Notes: a model not told the origin generated them from the sequence alone. Counted from the stretch's first letter, positions 26,994 through 37,942 are shown. The stretch: DNA of 64,000 bases from an uncultured bacterium (GCA_963713955.1 OY970216.1:506252-570251); one strand, 5' to 3'. Numbers and translations are program-made.

Positions 26994-29900
26994 ATGGTAA
27001 AGATACAAATAAACAAAGGATCAAAAGAGCCCAAAAAAGAACCCAAGAAGAAACCGAAGGAGGAGCCAAGGAAAGAAGAAAAGCCGAAGGAAAAGGAGGT
27101 ATCGTACAGTGCCAAGAACATCTACGTTCTGGAGGGCCTCGAACCGGTCAGAAAACGTCCGGGCATGTACATCGGCTCCACCGGAGTCGACGGTCTCCAT
27201 CATTTGGTCTGGGAAGTGGTGGACAATTCCATCGACGAGGCGATGGGGGGATACGCCAAAAACATCACTATCGAACTCCTAAAAAACAACCGGGTTGCCG
27301 TAACCGATGATGGGCGTGGCATCCCCGTCGACATCCATTCTCAAACCAAGAAATCGGCCCTCGAAACTGTTATGACGACACTCCACGCCGGCGGAAAATT
27401 CGGCGGAGAATCATACAAAGTTTCCGGCGGTCTCCACGGCGTCGGCGTCTCAGTCGTAAACGCTCTCTCGACGTGGCTCCGCGTTGAGGTCTACCGCGAC
27501 AATGCTGTTTATTTCCAGGAATACAAACGGGGGAAACCGGAATTCTCCATGAAGAAAAACGGCAAATCAGCCCACACGGGCACAAAAGTCATCTTCGATG
27601 CCGATCCGGAAATTTTCCAAAAGATAGAGTACGACCGGAAAAGAATCATCGACCACTTGCGGCAACAGGCATACCTCACGAAAGGCGTGAGGATAAACAT
27701 AATCGACACGAGAGAAGATGAGCCGTTCAATTACAGTTTTTACTTCGACGGAGGATTGAAATCCTTTCTCGGTTATTTGGTCGACGGAGAAACGCCGATA
27801 CAGGACGAATTCTTTTACGTGCATAAAACTTACCAGGATATAGAGATTGAAGTTGCCATCACTTACATAAACGACCAGGAAGCCAAGGAGTTGAGCTTCG
27901 CCAACAATATTTATACCTCGGACGGCGGAATGCACCTGACCGGCCTCCGCAGCGCCATGACAAGGAGCTTGAATGACTACGCGAGGAAAGAAGAATACGT
28001 GAAGGAGGCGGACGAGAATCTGACGGGCGACGATATCAGGGAAGGTATAGTCTCGATAATATCCATAAAAATACACGAACCCCAGTTCGAAGGACAAACC
28101 AAAGCCCGGCTTGGAAACCCGGAAGCCAGGACCGCCGTTGAGTACGTAGTGAACGAAGCGCTCAAGGAATTCCTGGAGAAGCATCCGCAGGATGCCAAGA
28201 AAATAATCGAGAAAAACCTGATAGCCGCCAAGGCCCGGAAAGCCGCCAAAGCCGCGAAGGACACGGTCCTCCGGAAAGGCGCACTGGAGGGATTGACTTT
28301 ACCCGGCAAACTCGCCGATTGTTCTTCCCGCAAAGCCGAGGAGTCGGAGCTTTTCATAGTCGAAGGCGATTCGGCCGGTGGATGTTTCGACGGAAACACT
28401 AAGGTTGCTTTAACCGACGGACGAAATCTTAGTTTTAAAGAATTGATAAAGGAAGATAAACAAGGAAAGAAGAACTTCTGTTATACGATACAGAACGATG
28501 GCCATGTCGGCATCGCTCCGATATTGAATCCGAGAATCACCAAGAAAAATGCGAAAGTCATTAAAATCGTTCTGGATAGTAACGAGGAATTGACATGCAC
28601 GCCAGATCATAAATTCATGCTGGCCGACGGCACTTTTAAAGCAGCTCAAGAATTAAAGAAGACTGATTCGCTCATGCCGCTTTACCGGCAATATTCAAAA
28701 TTAGGGAAGAGAATCACGATCGAAGGATATGAGATGATTTTTGATCCATCGGAAAAACGATGGGTTTTCACTCATCTTCTTTCAGATCAATACAATCTGA
28801 AAAAAGATGTTTATAATCCGAGCGAAAGACCATATCGACACCACAAAGATTTTAATAAGCTGAATAATAATCCAGAAAACATTATCCGTATGTCAAAAGA
28901 AGAACATCTTGCCGTCCACAGGGAAATGGCGCATCTTACGCTTCAGCGACCCGATGTGCGGGAAAAACTAAAAGCATTGCACCGGAAACCTGAATTCAGG
29001 GAAAAGATTAGCCGAGCGATGATGAAAAAACACGAGGAGCTATCCGAGAGAGCCAGTAAGCAATGGGAATCGCCGGAATATCGTTCCTTCATGGCGAAAA
29101 AATTCATGGATTTCTATGAAAACAACGAAAATTACAGAATCAAAAACCGCGAATCACTTACGCAAGCCCAACGAAAATACTGGAGCAGCGAAGAAAACAG
29201 GAAATCGCAGGCTGAACGGGTAAAAATCTTCTTTGCGGAACATCCAGAAAGAATTCGGGAACTTTCATTGAGTGCCAGAAAACAGTGGAACAATGAAACG
29301 CTTCGGGAATGGAGAAAGGAAAAAACCAAAACACAGTGGACGAATGAATTCAGGGAAAAACGAAAAAGATCGTATGACGAAACGTATCTTGCAAAAGCAA
29401 TGCGAGCATTGCGCAATTTCTACGAACGTACCGGCACAGTTTCCGTTGAGGAATACGATTCGTTGCGCCAAAAGACCAACGATAAATCTCTATTGCGATT
29501 CGACACTCTTGTTGATAGGTTTTTCAACGGCAAAAAGGAACGTCTCATTGATGCCGTAATCCACTACAACCATAAGATAATTCGCATAGAACCGTTATCA
29601 AGGAAAATCGATGTTTATGACCTGGAGGTTCCTGAAACTCATAACTTCGCGCTCGCGGGCGGCATATTCGTGCATAACAGCGCCAAGCAGGGACGCGACC
29701 GGAGATTCCAGGCGATCCTTCCGCTCCGCGGCAAGATCATGAACGTGGAGAAATCGAGAATCGACAAGATGCTCGTGAATAAAGAGATCCGGTCGCTCGT
29801 GATCGCCCTCGGAACCGCCATATCGGAAAACTTCGACATCTCGAAACTCCGCTACCACAAGATCGTCATCATGACCGATGCCGACGTCGATGGCGCACAC

Positions 29901-30290
29901 ATCCGAACGCTCCTCCTCACTCTCTTCTACCGATATTTCCCGAAGATCATGGAAGGCGGTTACATCTACATCGCCCAGCCGCCACTCTATCGCGTCCAAA
30001 AGGGAAAAGAATTCCAATACGCCTACAGTGACGACGAGCGCGACAAACTGATAAAGAAGATGGGCGGCGAAGGAGTGAATATCCAGCGATACAAGGGCTT
30101 GGGAGAAATGAACCCCGAGCAACTGTGGGAAACCACCATGAACCCGGCGAGCCGTCTCATGAAACGGATAAACATCGAGGATGCGATCGAAGCGAACCGG
30201 ATGTTCGATATCCTGATGGGCGAGCTTGTGGAACCACGGAAGAATTTCATCCAGGCGAACGCCGTCTACGCGAAGAACATCGACATTTAA
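26994..30290 (+). CDS. gyrB: DNA gyrase subunit B containing an intein
   Basis: VRKRPGMYIGST, VEGDSAGG|intein|SAKQGRDR, MTDADVDG, QRYKGLGEM. Confidence 0.97.
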   Translation: MVKIQINKGSKEPKKEPKKKPKEEPRKEEKPKEKEVSYSAKNIYVLEGLEPVRKRPGMYIGSTGVDGLHHLVWEVVDNSIDEAMGGYAKNITIELLKNNRVAVTDDGRGIPVDIHSQTKKSALETVMTTLHAGGKFGGESYKVSGGLHGVGVSVVNALSTWLRVEVYRDNAVYFQEYKRGKPEFSMKKNGKSAHTGTKVIFDADPEIFQKIEYDRKRIIDHLRQQAYLTKGVRINIIDTREDEPFNYSFYFDGGLKSFLGYLVDGETPIQDEFFYVHKTYQDIEIEVAITYINDQEAKELSFANNIYTSDGGMHLTGLRSAMTRSLNDYARKEEYVKEADENLTGDDIREGIVSIISIKIHEPQFEGQTKARLGNPEARTAVEYVVNEALKEFLEKHPQDAKKIIEKNLIAAKARKAAKAAKDTVLRKGALEGLTLPGKLADCSSRKAEESELFIVEGDSAGGCFDGNTKVALTDGRNLSFKELIKEDKQGKKNFCYTIQNDGHVGIAPILNPRITKKNAKVIKIVLDSNEELTCTPDHKFMLADGTFKAAQELKKTDSLMPLYRQYSKLGKRITIEGYEMIFDPSEKRWVFTHLLSDQYNLKKDVYNPSERPYRHHKDFNKLNNNPENIIRMSKEEHLAVHREMAHLTLQRPDVREKLKALHRKPEFREKISRAMMKKHEELSERASKQWESPEYRSFMAKKFMDFYENNENYRIKNRESLTQAQRKYWSSEENRKSQAERVKIFFAEHPERIRELSLSARKQWNNETLREWRKEKTKTQWTNEFREKRKRSYDETYLAKAMRALRNFYERTGTVSVEEYDSLRQKTNDKSLLRFDTLVDRFFNGKKERLIDAVIHYNHKIIRIEPLSRKIDVYDLEVPETHNFALAGGIFVHNSAKQGRDRRFQAILPLRGKIMNVEKSRIDKMLVNKEIRSLVIALGTAISENFDISKLRYHKIVIMTDADVDGAHIRTLLLTLFYRYFPKIMEGGYIYIAQPPLYRVQKGKEFQYAYSDDERDKLIKKMGGEGVNIQRYKGLGEMNPEQLWETTMNPASRLMKRINIEDAIEANRMFDILMGELVEPRKNFIQANAVYAKNIDI
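28383..29678 (+). mobile_element. 432-aa intein with HNH-like endonuclease
   Basis: Starts CFDGNT, block B CTPDHKF, ends VYDLEV..THNF...VHN followed by Ser; internal HHKDFNKLNNNPEN. Confidence 0.95.
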
Positions 30291-30304
30291 ACACCTCTCA
30301 AAGT

Positions 30305-30340
30305 GACCCCCGGCTCTCGGAGAGAACCGGGGGTCTTTTG
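30305..30340 (+). terminator. Intrinsic terminator after gyrB
   Basis: GACCCCCGG...CCGGGGGTC followed by TTTT. Confidence 0.7.
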
Positions 30341-30377
30341 ATTGACAGGAAAGGAAATGCTTGATACTATGGGAACG

Positions 30378-30489
30378 TTCCGTAGATAGCAGGCATCCGC
30401 CGAAGAGGCGGAAGTAAGACCTGCCGAGGAAGAAGCTTCGCTGAAGTCGGGTCGATTCTTCTTAACGTCTGCGGCAACGCAGATTTTTT
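30378..30489 (+). ncRNA. L10 ribosomal protein leader with terminator
   Basis: CCGTAGATAGCAGG...CCTGCCGAGG signature upstream of rplJ; GTCTGCG-GCAA-CGCAGAT-T run. Confidence 0.75.
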
Positions 30490-30494
30490 GCTGT

Positions 30495-30992
30495 ATGAAA
30501 ACGAAAGCGCAAAAAAAGGAACAGATAGAAACGGGAACGAAAGAGCTTGAAAAAAGCGAAACCGTCGTCTTCACGGACTTTACCGGACTCACGGCCAATG
30601 ACTTGAACGGTTTCAGGCGATTGGTGAGAGAGATCGGCGGCGTCATGATCGTCATGAAGAAGCGACTTCTCACGTTGGCTCTGAAAGAAAAGGGGATAGA
30701 CTTCGATGCCAAAAAATTGAATGGGCAGGTCGGCGTCGTATTTTCGCCCAAGGATTCCGTCGAAACGGCCAACACCGTCTATAAGTTCGGCAAACCCTTC
30801 AAGACCAAAAAAATCTTCAATATTCTGGGAGGGTTCGATTTGAAAGACAAGAGATTCATGGAAAGCGCGGAAGTCGAGACGCTGGGGCAACTGCCTTCGC
30901 GGGAAGCGCTCCTCGGGCAACTGGCGTTCATGCTCACCGTCCCAATCAAGAAAGTCCTGTTCGTTTTGAACGAAAAAGCGAAACGAGGATGA
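30495..30992 (+). CDS. rplJ: 50S ribosomal protein L10
   Basis: [25 protein letters not shown]. Confidence 0.95.
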   Translation: MKTKAQKKEQIETGTKELEKSETVVFTDFTGLTANDLNGFRRLVREIGGVMIVMKKRLLTLALKEKGIDFDAKKLNGQVGVVFSPKDSVETANTVYKFGKPFKTKKIFNILGGFDLKDKRFMESAEVETLGQLPSREALLGQLAFMLTVPIKKVLFVLNEKAKRG

Positions 30993-31015
30993 GGTCGTAC
31001 CATAAACCAAAAAAC

Positions 31016-31387
31016 ATGGAAAAATTCAACGATATCATAGAAAAAATAGAGGAGCTCTCGGTCGCGGAACTTTCCGAGCTCGTCAAAGCGCTCGAAGAGA
31101 AATTCGGCGTATCGGCGGCGGCAATGGCCGTTGCGGGACCGGGAAACGGCGGAAACGGAGCGGCAGCCGAGGAAAAGACATCCTGGGGCGTGATGCTCAA
31201 GACCACCGGTGATCAGAAAATCAATGTCATCAAGATCCTGCGAGAGGCGACCGGATTGGGGCTCAAAGAAGCCAAGGATATGGCCGACGCAGCTCCGAAA
31301 CTGGTCAAGGAAGGATTAAAGAAAGAGGAAGCCGAGGAACTCAAGAAAAAACTCGAGGAAGTCGGCGCCGTTGCGGAATTGCAATAG
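31016..31387 (+). CDS. rplL: 50S ribosomal protein L7/L12
   Basis: [29 protein letters not shown]. Confidence 0.97.
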   Translation: MEKFNDIIEKIEELSVAELSELVKALEEKFGVSAAAMAVAGPGNGGNGAAAEEKTSWGVMLKTTGDQKINVIKILREATGLGLKEAKDMADAAPKLVKEGLKKEEAEELKKKLEEVGAVAELQ

Positions 31388-31446
31388 AACAGACACAGAA
31401 ACAGCGCCTTGAAAAAAGCGCTGTTTTGTTTTAATTTAAGGATACC

Positions 31447-31518
31447 GGACAGTTAGCTCAGCGGTAGAGCACTGCATTCACATTGCAGGGGTCACAGGTT
31501 CGAACCCTGTACTGTCCA
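31447..31518 (+). tRNA. tRNA-Val(CAC)
   Basis: GGACAGT/ACTGTCC, CTGCA-TT-CAC-AT-TGCAG, GGTTCGAACC. Confidence 0.95.
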
Positions 31519-31522
31519 CTAT

Positions 31523-32578
31523 ATGTGGTTCAATAAACCAAAATTTGAAAGACCAGAACCGACGGTAATCGGGCCGGCTTCTGATGAGACAAAAGAGAGT
31601 GTAAAAAGACTTATTCTCGAAAGATTCGGGGAAAAGCATCTCGAACAACTATCGGAGGAAGACCGCGAAAAACTGGAATCCTCAGAGTTAAAAAAGGAGC
31701 CATACGAGAAATTGGTCATAGAGAGAGCCAATAAGATCACCAACGAACTTTTGCGGGATGCTGGCCAAAGTCCGTTTGAGATACCGGAAAGAAACATACA
31801 CGATATACCAAATCGATTATTCGAAAAACTAGAAGATGACGGTGATACGAGGGCGGTAACTTACTCTGACCAGCAATCTATTTTCATAAATTCTGATAAG
31901 ATCAGGAATCCAATCGATAGATCGGCAACAATACTACACGAAATGACCCATCTGAAAAGTTTTCTATCATTGGAAGTCCATGAAGACGACCTTTTCATCC
32001 ATCGAGCCGGACTCAAGGTTGCTCCGACAAGAAAAAAGAGGGAGGATTTGGGATACTATAATTCCTTTACCGGTTTAAACGAGGCTGTAGTAACAGAAAT
32101 GGAAAAAACATACCTAACCCAGTTGTTGGAATTCAATAAATTTATACGCAATGAGAAAGAATGGGAATCGTCAGAAGAAGCACTAAAGACAAAAGGAGAT
32201 ATAGCGAAGGAAAAAAACATGGATCCAGAAGAGATAATATGCCTGACTAAAATCGAGGGTGGTTATGAATATAAAATATTCCCTTATCCCGCCCAACGGA
32301 AAGTGCTACACCACACCGTGAATAAGATCTTCGAGGACAACCGCAAAAAATTTAAGTCTGAAAATGAAGTGATGAAACTCTTCTTTAACGCTCATTTCAA
32401 CGGACAATTGATAGAAATAGGAAGATTGATAGAAAAATCTTTCGGCGAAGGATCATTCAGAATAGTAGGGATGATGGATGACGACAGCAAATCGGCTAAC
32501 AGAGTAATGGACTATCTCAAGAAATATAAAAAGAAAAACCAAACTAACGCCGAGGAGTTAAAGGAGATAGGAAAGTAA
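31523..32578 (+). CDS. Hypothetical protein with HExxH zincin-like motif
   Basis: ILHEMTH followed by GLNEAVVTE. Confidence 0.65.
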   Translation: MWFNKPKFERPEPTVIGPASDETKESVKRLILERFGEKHLEQLSEEDREKLESSELKKEPYEKLVIERANKITNELLRDAGQSPFEIPERNIHDIPNRLFEKLEDDGDTRAVTYSDQQSIFINSDKIRNPIDRSATILHEMTHLKSFLSLEVHEDDLFIHRAGLKVAPTRKKREDLGYYNSFTGLNEAVVTEMEKTYLTQLLEFNKFIRNEKEWESSEEALKTKGDIAKEKNMDPEEIICLTKIEGGYEYKIFPYPAQRKVLHHTVNKIFEDNRKKFKSENEVMKLFFNAHFNGQLIEIGRLIEKSFGEGSFRIVGMMDDDSKSANRVMDYLKKYKKKNQTNAEELKEIGK

Positions 32579-32597
32579 ACAATTTTCGGGCAACTCA

Positions 32598-33041
32598 ATG
32601 AGAGAGAAAACAAGACTTATAGCGTGGGCGGGCATTATAGCCGGCATCATAATAATATTGCTCTTGGCCGGGGTGCTAATATTCGTCCCTCAAAACAATA
32701 AAACCAAGACTACGGCGCAAACGGGCACGGCTACAACATCGACCATACCGGATGTTAACATGATATATCCCACAGGCAGCGAGATGTGGACAATCGGGCA
32801 AACGTATACCATGAAGTGGAGCGGGGGAGCGCCGACCGTAAGTATCTTCCTTATTAACAAATGGGCGGAACAATTCGGAGCGTCCGTCAGCAGTTTTGAT
32901 AGGATCTACAACATTCCAAACAGGGGAATATATGATTACACCGTCCCTGCACACATCAATACCACTCACAACGAATATCAAATCTGCATAGAAGATGGAC
33001 CGAGATCCGCTTGCAGCGGCTATTTCTCAATCTCGAAATAG
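32598..33041 (+). CDS. Membrane-anchored protein with Thr-rich linker and beta-rich domain
   Basis: TM helix, TTAQTGTATT, YPTGSEMWTIGQTYTMKW. Confidence 0.65.
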   Translation: MREKTRLIAWAGIIAGIIIILLLAGVLIFVPQNNKTKTTAQTGTATTSTIPDVNMIYPTGSEMWTIGQTYTMKWSGGAPTVSIFLINKWAEQFGASVSSFDRIYNIPNRGIYDYTVPAHINTTHNEYQICIEDGPRSACSGYFSISK

Positions 33042-33067
33042 AACAATTCCAGAGTTATAATCAACTT

Positions 33068-33646
33068 ATGCAAAAAAGAGTGATTATCGTCCACGGCTGG
33101 GACGGAACCCCCGAAAAAGCCTGGTTCCCGTGGCTCAAGAAAGAACTGGAAGCGAAGGGATTTGAGGTCATCGTTCCCCAACTTCCCGATACCGGAAGGC
33201 CAAGGATATACAATTGGGTCCCGAAACTCGCAGAAGTCGCCGGCACGCCGAACGAAAATACGTATTTCGTCGGCCACAGTATGGGTAACCAGACGATAGC
33301 GCGGTACCTCGAATCGCTGCCGGAAGGAATCAAAGTCGGTGGAGCGGTATTTGTCGCCGGATTTTTCAAGCATATCACGAACGCCGACAACAACCAGGAT
33401 GAAACAGAAACAAGAAAACATTGGCTCGAAGCACCATTGGATTTGAACAAAGTGAGATCGCGTCTTTCAAAGAGCGTCGCCATATTCTCGGACGACGATC
33501 CGTACGTGCCGCTCGACAACCAAGACGATTTCAGGGATAGGCTGAATTCGAAGATCGTCATCGAACATGCGAAGGGACACTTCAGGAACAGCGACAAATG
33601 TCTCGAACTCCCGTCAGCTCTCGAAGCAGTAATGAGCTTGCAATGA
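33068..33646 (+). CDS. Alpha/beta hydrolase (YdeN/RBBP9 family)
   Basis: IVHGW, WFPWL, GHSMG, SDDDPYVP, GHF. Confidence 0.9.
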   Translation: MQKRVIIVHGWDGTPEKAWFPWLKKELEAKGFEVIVPQLPDTGRPRIYNWVPKLAEVAGTPNENTYFVGHSMGNQTIARYLESLPEGIKVGGAVFVAGFFKHITNADNNQDETETRKHWLEAPLDLNKVRSRLSKSVAIFSDDDPYVPLDNQDDFRDRLNSKIVIEHAKGHFRNSDKCLELPSALEAVMSLQ

Positions 33647-34407
33647 TCAAAGCGATTATCTTCGATCTCGACGGCACGGCAATCCCGATGCAGGAAAATG
33701 CCTTGCCGTCCAAACGACTCACATCGGATATCGCAAAAATAAACGATAGATTCATCGTCTCCGCGGCAACAGGGCGGTCAATACCAAAAGCAAGACCCAT
33801 CTTGAAAAATCTGAATCTCAAAGACCCTTGCATCATATACGGCGGCGCTCAAATCATAAATCCTCAAAGCGAGGAGGTTCTCTGGGAAAAAAGAATGTCG
33901 GAGAAGCAAGTCCAAGGCATCATCAATGCCTGCAAACCGTATTCTTACGAAATACTATTCAGTGATGAATCCCTTGGGGAAGGGGCGCCGGCAAGTCATA
34001 AAACCGCCGCCGGTCCCGAGTTGATCGTTTACATTATGACTATGCAAAAGGAGGATAGCGAAGTTGTTGCATCGGAATTGAAAAAAATAGATGACCTGGC
34101 GGTCCATGGAGCCGGATCCTGGACCGAAGGCCGCATAGATCTTCACATAACACATCGCGAAGCGAACAAAAAACACGCCATCAAGGAATGGCTGGAAATC
34201 ATAGGAGCAAAAAAAGAAGAGGTTGTCGGCGTGGGGGATAATGATAATGACTTACCGCTCCTCGAGATGGTAGGCTACAAGGTTGCCATGGGAAATGCCA
34301 CCGACGAACTGAAATCGATCGCCGACTATGTCGCTCCTTCCATTGAAGAAGACGGTCTCGCTCAAGCGATCGAAAAATTATTTCCAATCCCCAATAAAAT
34401 AACATAA
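33643..34407 (+). CDS. Cof-type HAD hydrolase
   Basis: FDLDGT, ATGR, GDNDND, AMGNA. Confidence 0.92.
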   Translation: MIKAIIFDLDGTAIPMQENALPSKRLTSDIAKINDRFIVSAATGRSIPKARPILKNLNLKDPCIIYGGAQIINPQSEEVLWEKRMSEKQVQGIINACKPYSYEILFSDESLGEGAPASHKTAAGPELIVYIMTMQKEDSEVVASELKKIDDLAVHGAGSWTEGRIDLHITHREANKKHAIKEWLEIIGAKKEEVVGVGDNDNDLPLLEMVGYKVAMGNATDELKSIADYVAPSIEEDGLAQAIEKLFPIPNKIT

Positions 34408-34444
34408 ATCCACTTGAGAGAGGATTTGGTTTTTTCCTGAGCGA

Positions 34445-34515
34445 GCCAAGCATTTCTCGCGAAGGCTAAGACTTGGGCGTCGCCCCGGAGACTGCCTGAG
34501 CGGGGAATGCTTGGC
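34445..34515. repeat. REP-like palindromic element, family B
   Basis: 41-nt core identical to 9234-9274 with a different closing stem. Confidence 0.88.
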
Positions 34516-34628
34516 GAGCGCGAATCCAAACCGAAAGTGGGAAAAGGCTAAAAGTCAACCTGTTGATAACTTCCACTGCAAACCTCAGATAAAACCTATC
34601 AAATCCGCCCCAGGGGCGGTTTTTTAAT

Positions 34629-34690
34629 GTTGGGAGTGGTGGTATAATGGTACATAAGAGTGGTGAGAAGTGGACAAGTCTGTGGATAAG
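34629..34690 (+). promoter_or_regulatory. mraZ promoter with GTGG repeats (candidate MraZ boxes)
   Basis: TATAAT plus GTGG units about 10 bp apart upstream of mraZ. Confidence 0.6.
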
Positions 34691-34723
34691 GCATCAATCT
34701 GGGGATAACTAAGGTTTTTTACT

Positions 34724-35155
34724 ATGATACTGGGAGAATTCAAACATAGCTTGGATATCAAAGGTCGCGTGGCTGTACCGGCCAAATTCAGGGAAAAAAT
34801 AGAGACCGGAGCCATCATTACGAGAGGCCTGGACAAATGCTTGTTCATGTTTGGGGCAAAGGAATGGGAAACGCTCGTACAAAAATTGACGTCGCTGCCA
34901 TTGGCTCAATCGAACTCTCGGGCGTTCGTGCGGTTGATGCTCGCCGGAGCATCGGACGTGACCTTCGACAATCAGGGAAGAATCTTGATCCCCGAATATC
35001 TGAGAAAATACGCCGGACTCAAAAAACAAGTCATTTTGACCGGCCTCTTTAATAGGATAGAAATCTGGGATTCGGAAAATTGGGAAACGTACAAGGCCAA
35101 GACCGAATCCTCGTCGGATGAGATAGCCGAAAAGTTAGGCGAGCTGGGGATATAA
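34724..35155 (+). CDS. mraZ: Transcriptional regulator MraZ
   Basis: LDIKGRVAVPAKFR, DNQGRILIP, RIEIWD. Confidence 0.96.
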   Translation: MILGEFKHSLDIKGRVAVPAKFREKIETGAIITRGLDKCLFMFGAKEWETLVQKLTSLPLAQSNSRAFVRLMLAGASDVTFDNQGRILIPEYLRKYAGLKKQVILTGLFNRIEIWDSENWETYKAKTESSSDEIAEKLGELGI

Positions 35156-35157
35156 CC

Positions 35158-36054
35158 ATGTCCCACGTTCCGGTTCTTTTAAAAGAAGCAATAGAAATTC
35201 TAAATCCGCAAAAAGGAGAGTTCTTTATCGACGGAACCTTGGGAGTCGGCGGACATGCGGAAGAAATATTGAAACGGATATCTCCCGGCGGAACGCTTCT
35301 CGCACTCGACTGGGATCCGGAGATGGTCGATGAAACCAAGAAGAGATTCGAGGGATTGGACTTGGGATCCCGGAAAATATTCGCGGAAGGGAATTATGCC
35401 GATCTGCCGAAGATACTCCTGCGAAACCATTTGCCAAAAGCCGACGGGCTGATTCTGGACTTGGGTTTCTCCTCGTGGCACTTGGAACGGTCAGGGAGAG
35501 GATTCAGCTTCGGTGCCGACGAGCCGCTTATCATGAAATACAACCCCCAGAGCGAATGGCTCACCGCTTCTGAAGCGGTAAACGGGCTCGACGAAAAAAG
35601 TCTGGCCAACGTAATTTACGAATACGGAGAAGAAAGAAACTCAAGGCGGATCGCCAAAGCGATCGTCGCGGCGAGGAAGAAAAAGAAAATCAGAACAGCC
35701 AGGGAACTTGCCGGGATCGTGAATTCCGCCTTCGGCGGAAAGAGAGGAAGGATAAACAACGCGACGAGAACTTTCCAGGCCCTCCGCATATACGTGAACG
35801 AGGAGCTGACCAATCTCGCAAAAGTCCTCGGCGAGACGGGAGAAATCCTGAGGCCGGGCGGACGAATGGGCGTCATAACCTTCCATTCGCTGGAGGATAA
35901 AACAGTAAAGGACGCTTTTAAATTGCTTCATCGAGAGGGAAAAACAGAGTTTTTAAACAAAAAAGTCATTAAACCGGGACGAGAAGAAGTGACAAGAAAT
36001 CCCAAGAGTCGCTCGGCGAAACTCCGGGCCGTAAAAATAAATAAAAATCCATGA
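35158..36054 (+). CDS. rsmH: 16S rRNA m4C1402 methyltransferase
   Basis: HVPVLL, DGTLGVGGH, TFQALRIYVNEEL, FHSLED, SRSAKLR. Confidence 0.97.
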   Translation: MSHVPVLLKEAIEILNPQKGEFFIDGTLGVGGHAEEILKRISPGGTLLALDWDPEMVDETKKRFEGLDLGSRKIFAEGNYADLPKILLRNHLPKADGLILDLGFSSWHLERSGRGFSFGADEPLIMKYNPQSEWLTASEAVNGLDEKSLANVIYEYGEERNSRRIAKAIVAARKKKKIRTARELAGIVNSAFGGKRGRINNATRTFQALRIYVNEELTNLAKVLGETGEILRPGGRMGVITFHSLEDKTVKDAFKLLHREGKTEFLNKKVIKPGREEVTRNPKSRSAKLRAVKINKNP

Positions 36055-36362
36055 GTATCATTAAGCCATCAATTTATGCACAGAACGCACGCTTCATAAT
36101 GTTCCTGCTTTCCTTTATACTTATGGCAGGTATTTCGTACATCCTGATGTACAATTCGCTGGTTAACGCGAGATACCAAGTAACGAACTTGAAAAGCCAG
36201 ATCACGGAAGCGGTGAATGTCAACAACAATCTCAAAAGCGAGGTGTTCAACATAACGTCCCCCCAATCGCTTAACTCGCTGGCCGTCAAATACAATCTGG
36301 TTCTCGATACCAAACCGGAATACTTGAGCGAAAAGCAATGGGTGTCAGATTCATCGTTTTAA
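36051..36362 (+). CDS. FtsL-like cell division protein
   Basis: TM plus coiled coil between rsmH and the PBP gene. Confidence 0.6.
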   Translation: MSIIKPSIYAQNARFIMFLLSFILMAGISYILMYNSLVNARYQVTNLKSQITEAVNVNNNLKSEVFNITSPQSLNSLAVKYNLVLDTKPEYLSEKQWVSDSSF

Positions 36363-37942
36363 CATGCATATTCGGAATACTCTTCGGCCTTTTGGGGTTC
36401 AACTTATATAAACTGCAGATAGACAAAGGGGCTTATTATCTCGAAAAAGTTCAGGCGAGAAGTGAAAACCTGGCTGAGCTTCAGCTTCGGAGAGGAGAAA
36501 TCCTCTTCACCGACAAATACGGCAATTCAATACCGGTGGCCATCAACAAGGATTACCCGGTCATCTATGCCGTTCCCAAAGAAATAAAGGATCCGAGCGA
36601 GGAGGCAAATACTTTGGCGCCCCTCATCGGTGCGAGTTCGACGGTTCTCGCCAAAATCCTCGACAATCCCGCGAGCCTTTTCCGAATGCTCGTTGAAAAA
36701 GCAAGCAGTACCGAGGTCAGCGCCGTCGAGGCCGCTAATCTGGAGGGCATCTATACCGACACGAAGCAGTACCGGTATTATCCCTTCGGAAGCTTGGCTG
36801 CTGAGGCCATAGGCTTCGTGGGGGTTAATCAGAGTACCACCGATCCCGTCGGTCTCTATGGCATCGAGCGGTATTACAATGCGACGCTCGATGCCGGCGA
36901 GAACGTGGAACTCACCATAGATCGGAATCTTCAGGCGCAGTCGGAGGATCTCATTCAAAACCTGGTTGCTGCGCAGAGCGCGGAGAGCGGAGCAGTGATC
37001 ATCGAAGACCCGAGAACCGGCGCGATACTCACCATGGCTCAATACCCGGCATTCGATCCCAACGATTACTCGAGTTCTAGCATCGCGAACTTTCTGAATT
37101 CCAACGTCCAGGCGACGTATGAACCCGGCTCCGTTTTCAAGCCAGTCACTATGTCTGTCGGCATCGAAAATCACGACTTCACCCCTGATTCCACGTATGA
37201 CGACAAGGGGTACGTGATTTTGAACGGCCACAAGATATTGAACTGGAATCTCAAGGCCTATGGACCGGGGACCACGATGACCATGGTCATCGAAAACTCG
37301 ATAAACACCGGGTCGGTCTGGGCGGAACAGCATATCGGAAGAAAGACCTTTTACGAGGGGGTTAAGAAATTCGGCTTCGGCGATCTCACGGGGATTGACC
37401 TGCCGAACGAAGTAAGCGGAAGTTTGGCCAACCTGGAAAACAAAAATGCCGAAGATGTCGATTACGCAACGGCTGCTTTCGGGCAGGGCGTGTCGGTAAC
37501 GCCGCTCCAGATGATAAATGCTTTTTCGGCAATCGCGAACGGCGGACTTTTCATGCGACCTTACGTCAATGCAAGCCTCAAACCGGAGGTTATGGGAAGA
37601 GTCATCAGCGAAGGTACGTCAAAGCAAGTGATCGGGATGATGCTCTCGGCCGTCAACGGCGCTAAGGTCGCAACCATACCACAATTCAACGTCGCCGGAA
37701 AAACCGGGACCGCGCAGATACCAGATCTCGTGCACGGCGGGTATCTATCGAATGAATACATTCATACTTTCATCGGTATGGTACCGGCTTCAAATCCCCA
37801 ATACGTCATCCTGATCAAGCTCGTGAAACCGAAATCGGAACTGGCTGCCGTCTCCGTCGTGCCAGCCTTCAAGCAACTGGCAACGTTCGTCCTGAACTAC
37901 GAAAATGTCCCGCCGGACAATTCTTTCTCTCCGAACAAATGA
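36338..37942 (+). CDS. ftsI: Class B penicillin-binding protein (FtsI-like)
   Basis: YEPGSVFK, SIN, KTGTAQ. Confidence 0.85.
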   Translation: MGVRFIVLTCIFGILFGLLGFNLYKLQIDKGAYYLEKVQARSENLAELQLRRGEILFTDKYGNSIPVAINKDYPVIYAVPKEIKDPSEEANTLAPLIGASSTVLAKILDNPASLFRMLVEKASSTEVSAVEAANLEGIYTDTKQYRYYPFGSLAAEAIGFVGVNQSTTDPVGLYGIERYYNATLDAGENVELTIDRNLQAQSEDLIQNLVAAQSAESGAVIIEDPRTGAILTMAQYPAFDPNDYSSSSIANFLNSNVQATYEPGSVFKPVTMSVGIENHDFTPDSTYDDKGYVILNGHKILNWNLKAYGPGTTMTMVIENSINTGSVWAEQHIGRKTFYEGVKKFGFGDLTGIDLPNEVSGSLANLENKNAEDVDYATAAFGQGVSVTPLQMINAFSAIANGGLFMRPYVNASLKPEVMGRVISEGTSKQVIGMMLSAVNGAKVATIPQFNVAGKTGTAQIPDLVHGGYLSNEYIHTFIGMVPASNPQYVILIKLVKPKSELAAVSVVPAFKQLATFVLNYENVPPDNSFSPNK

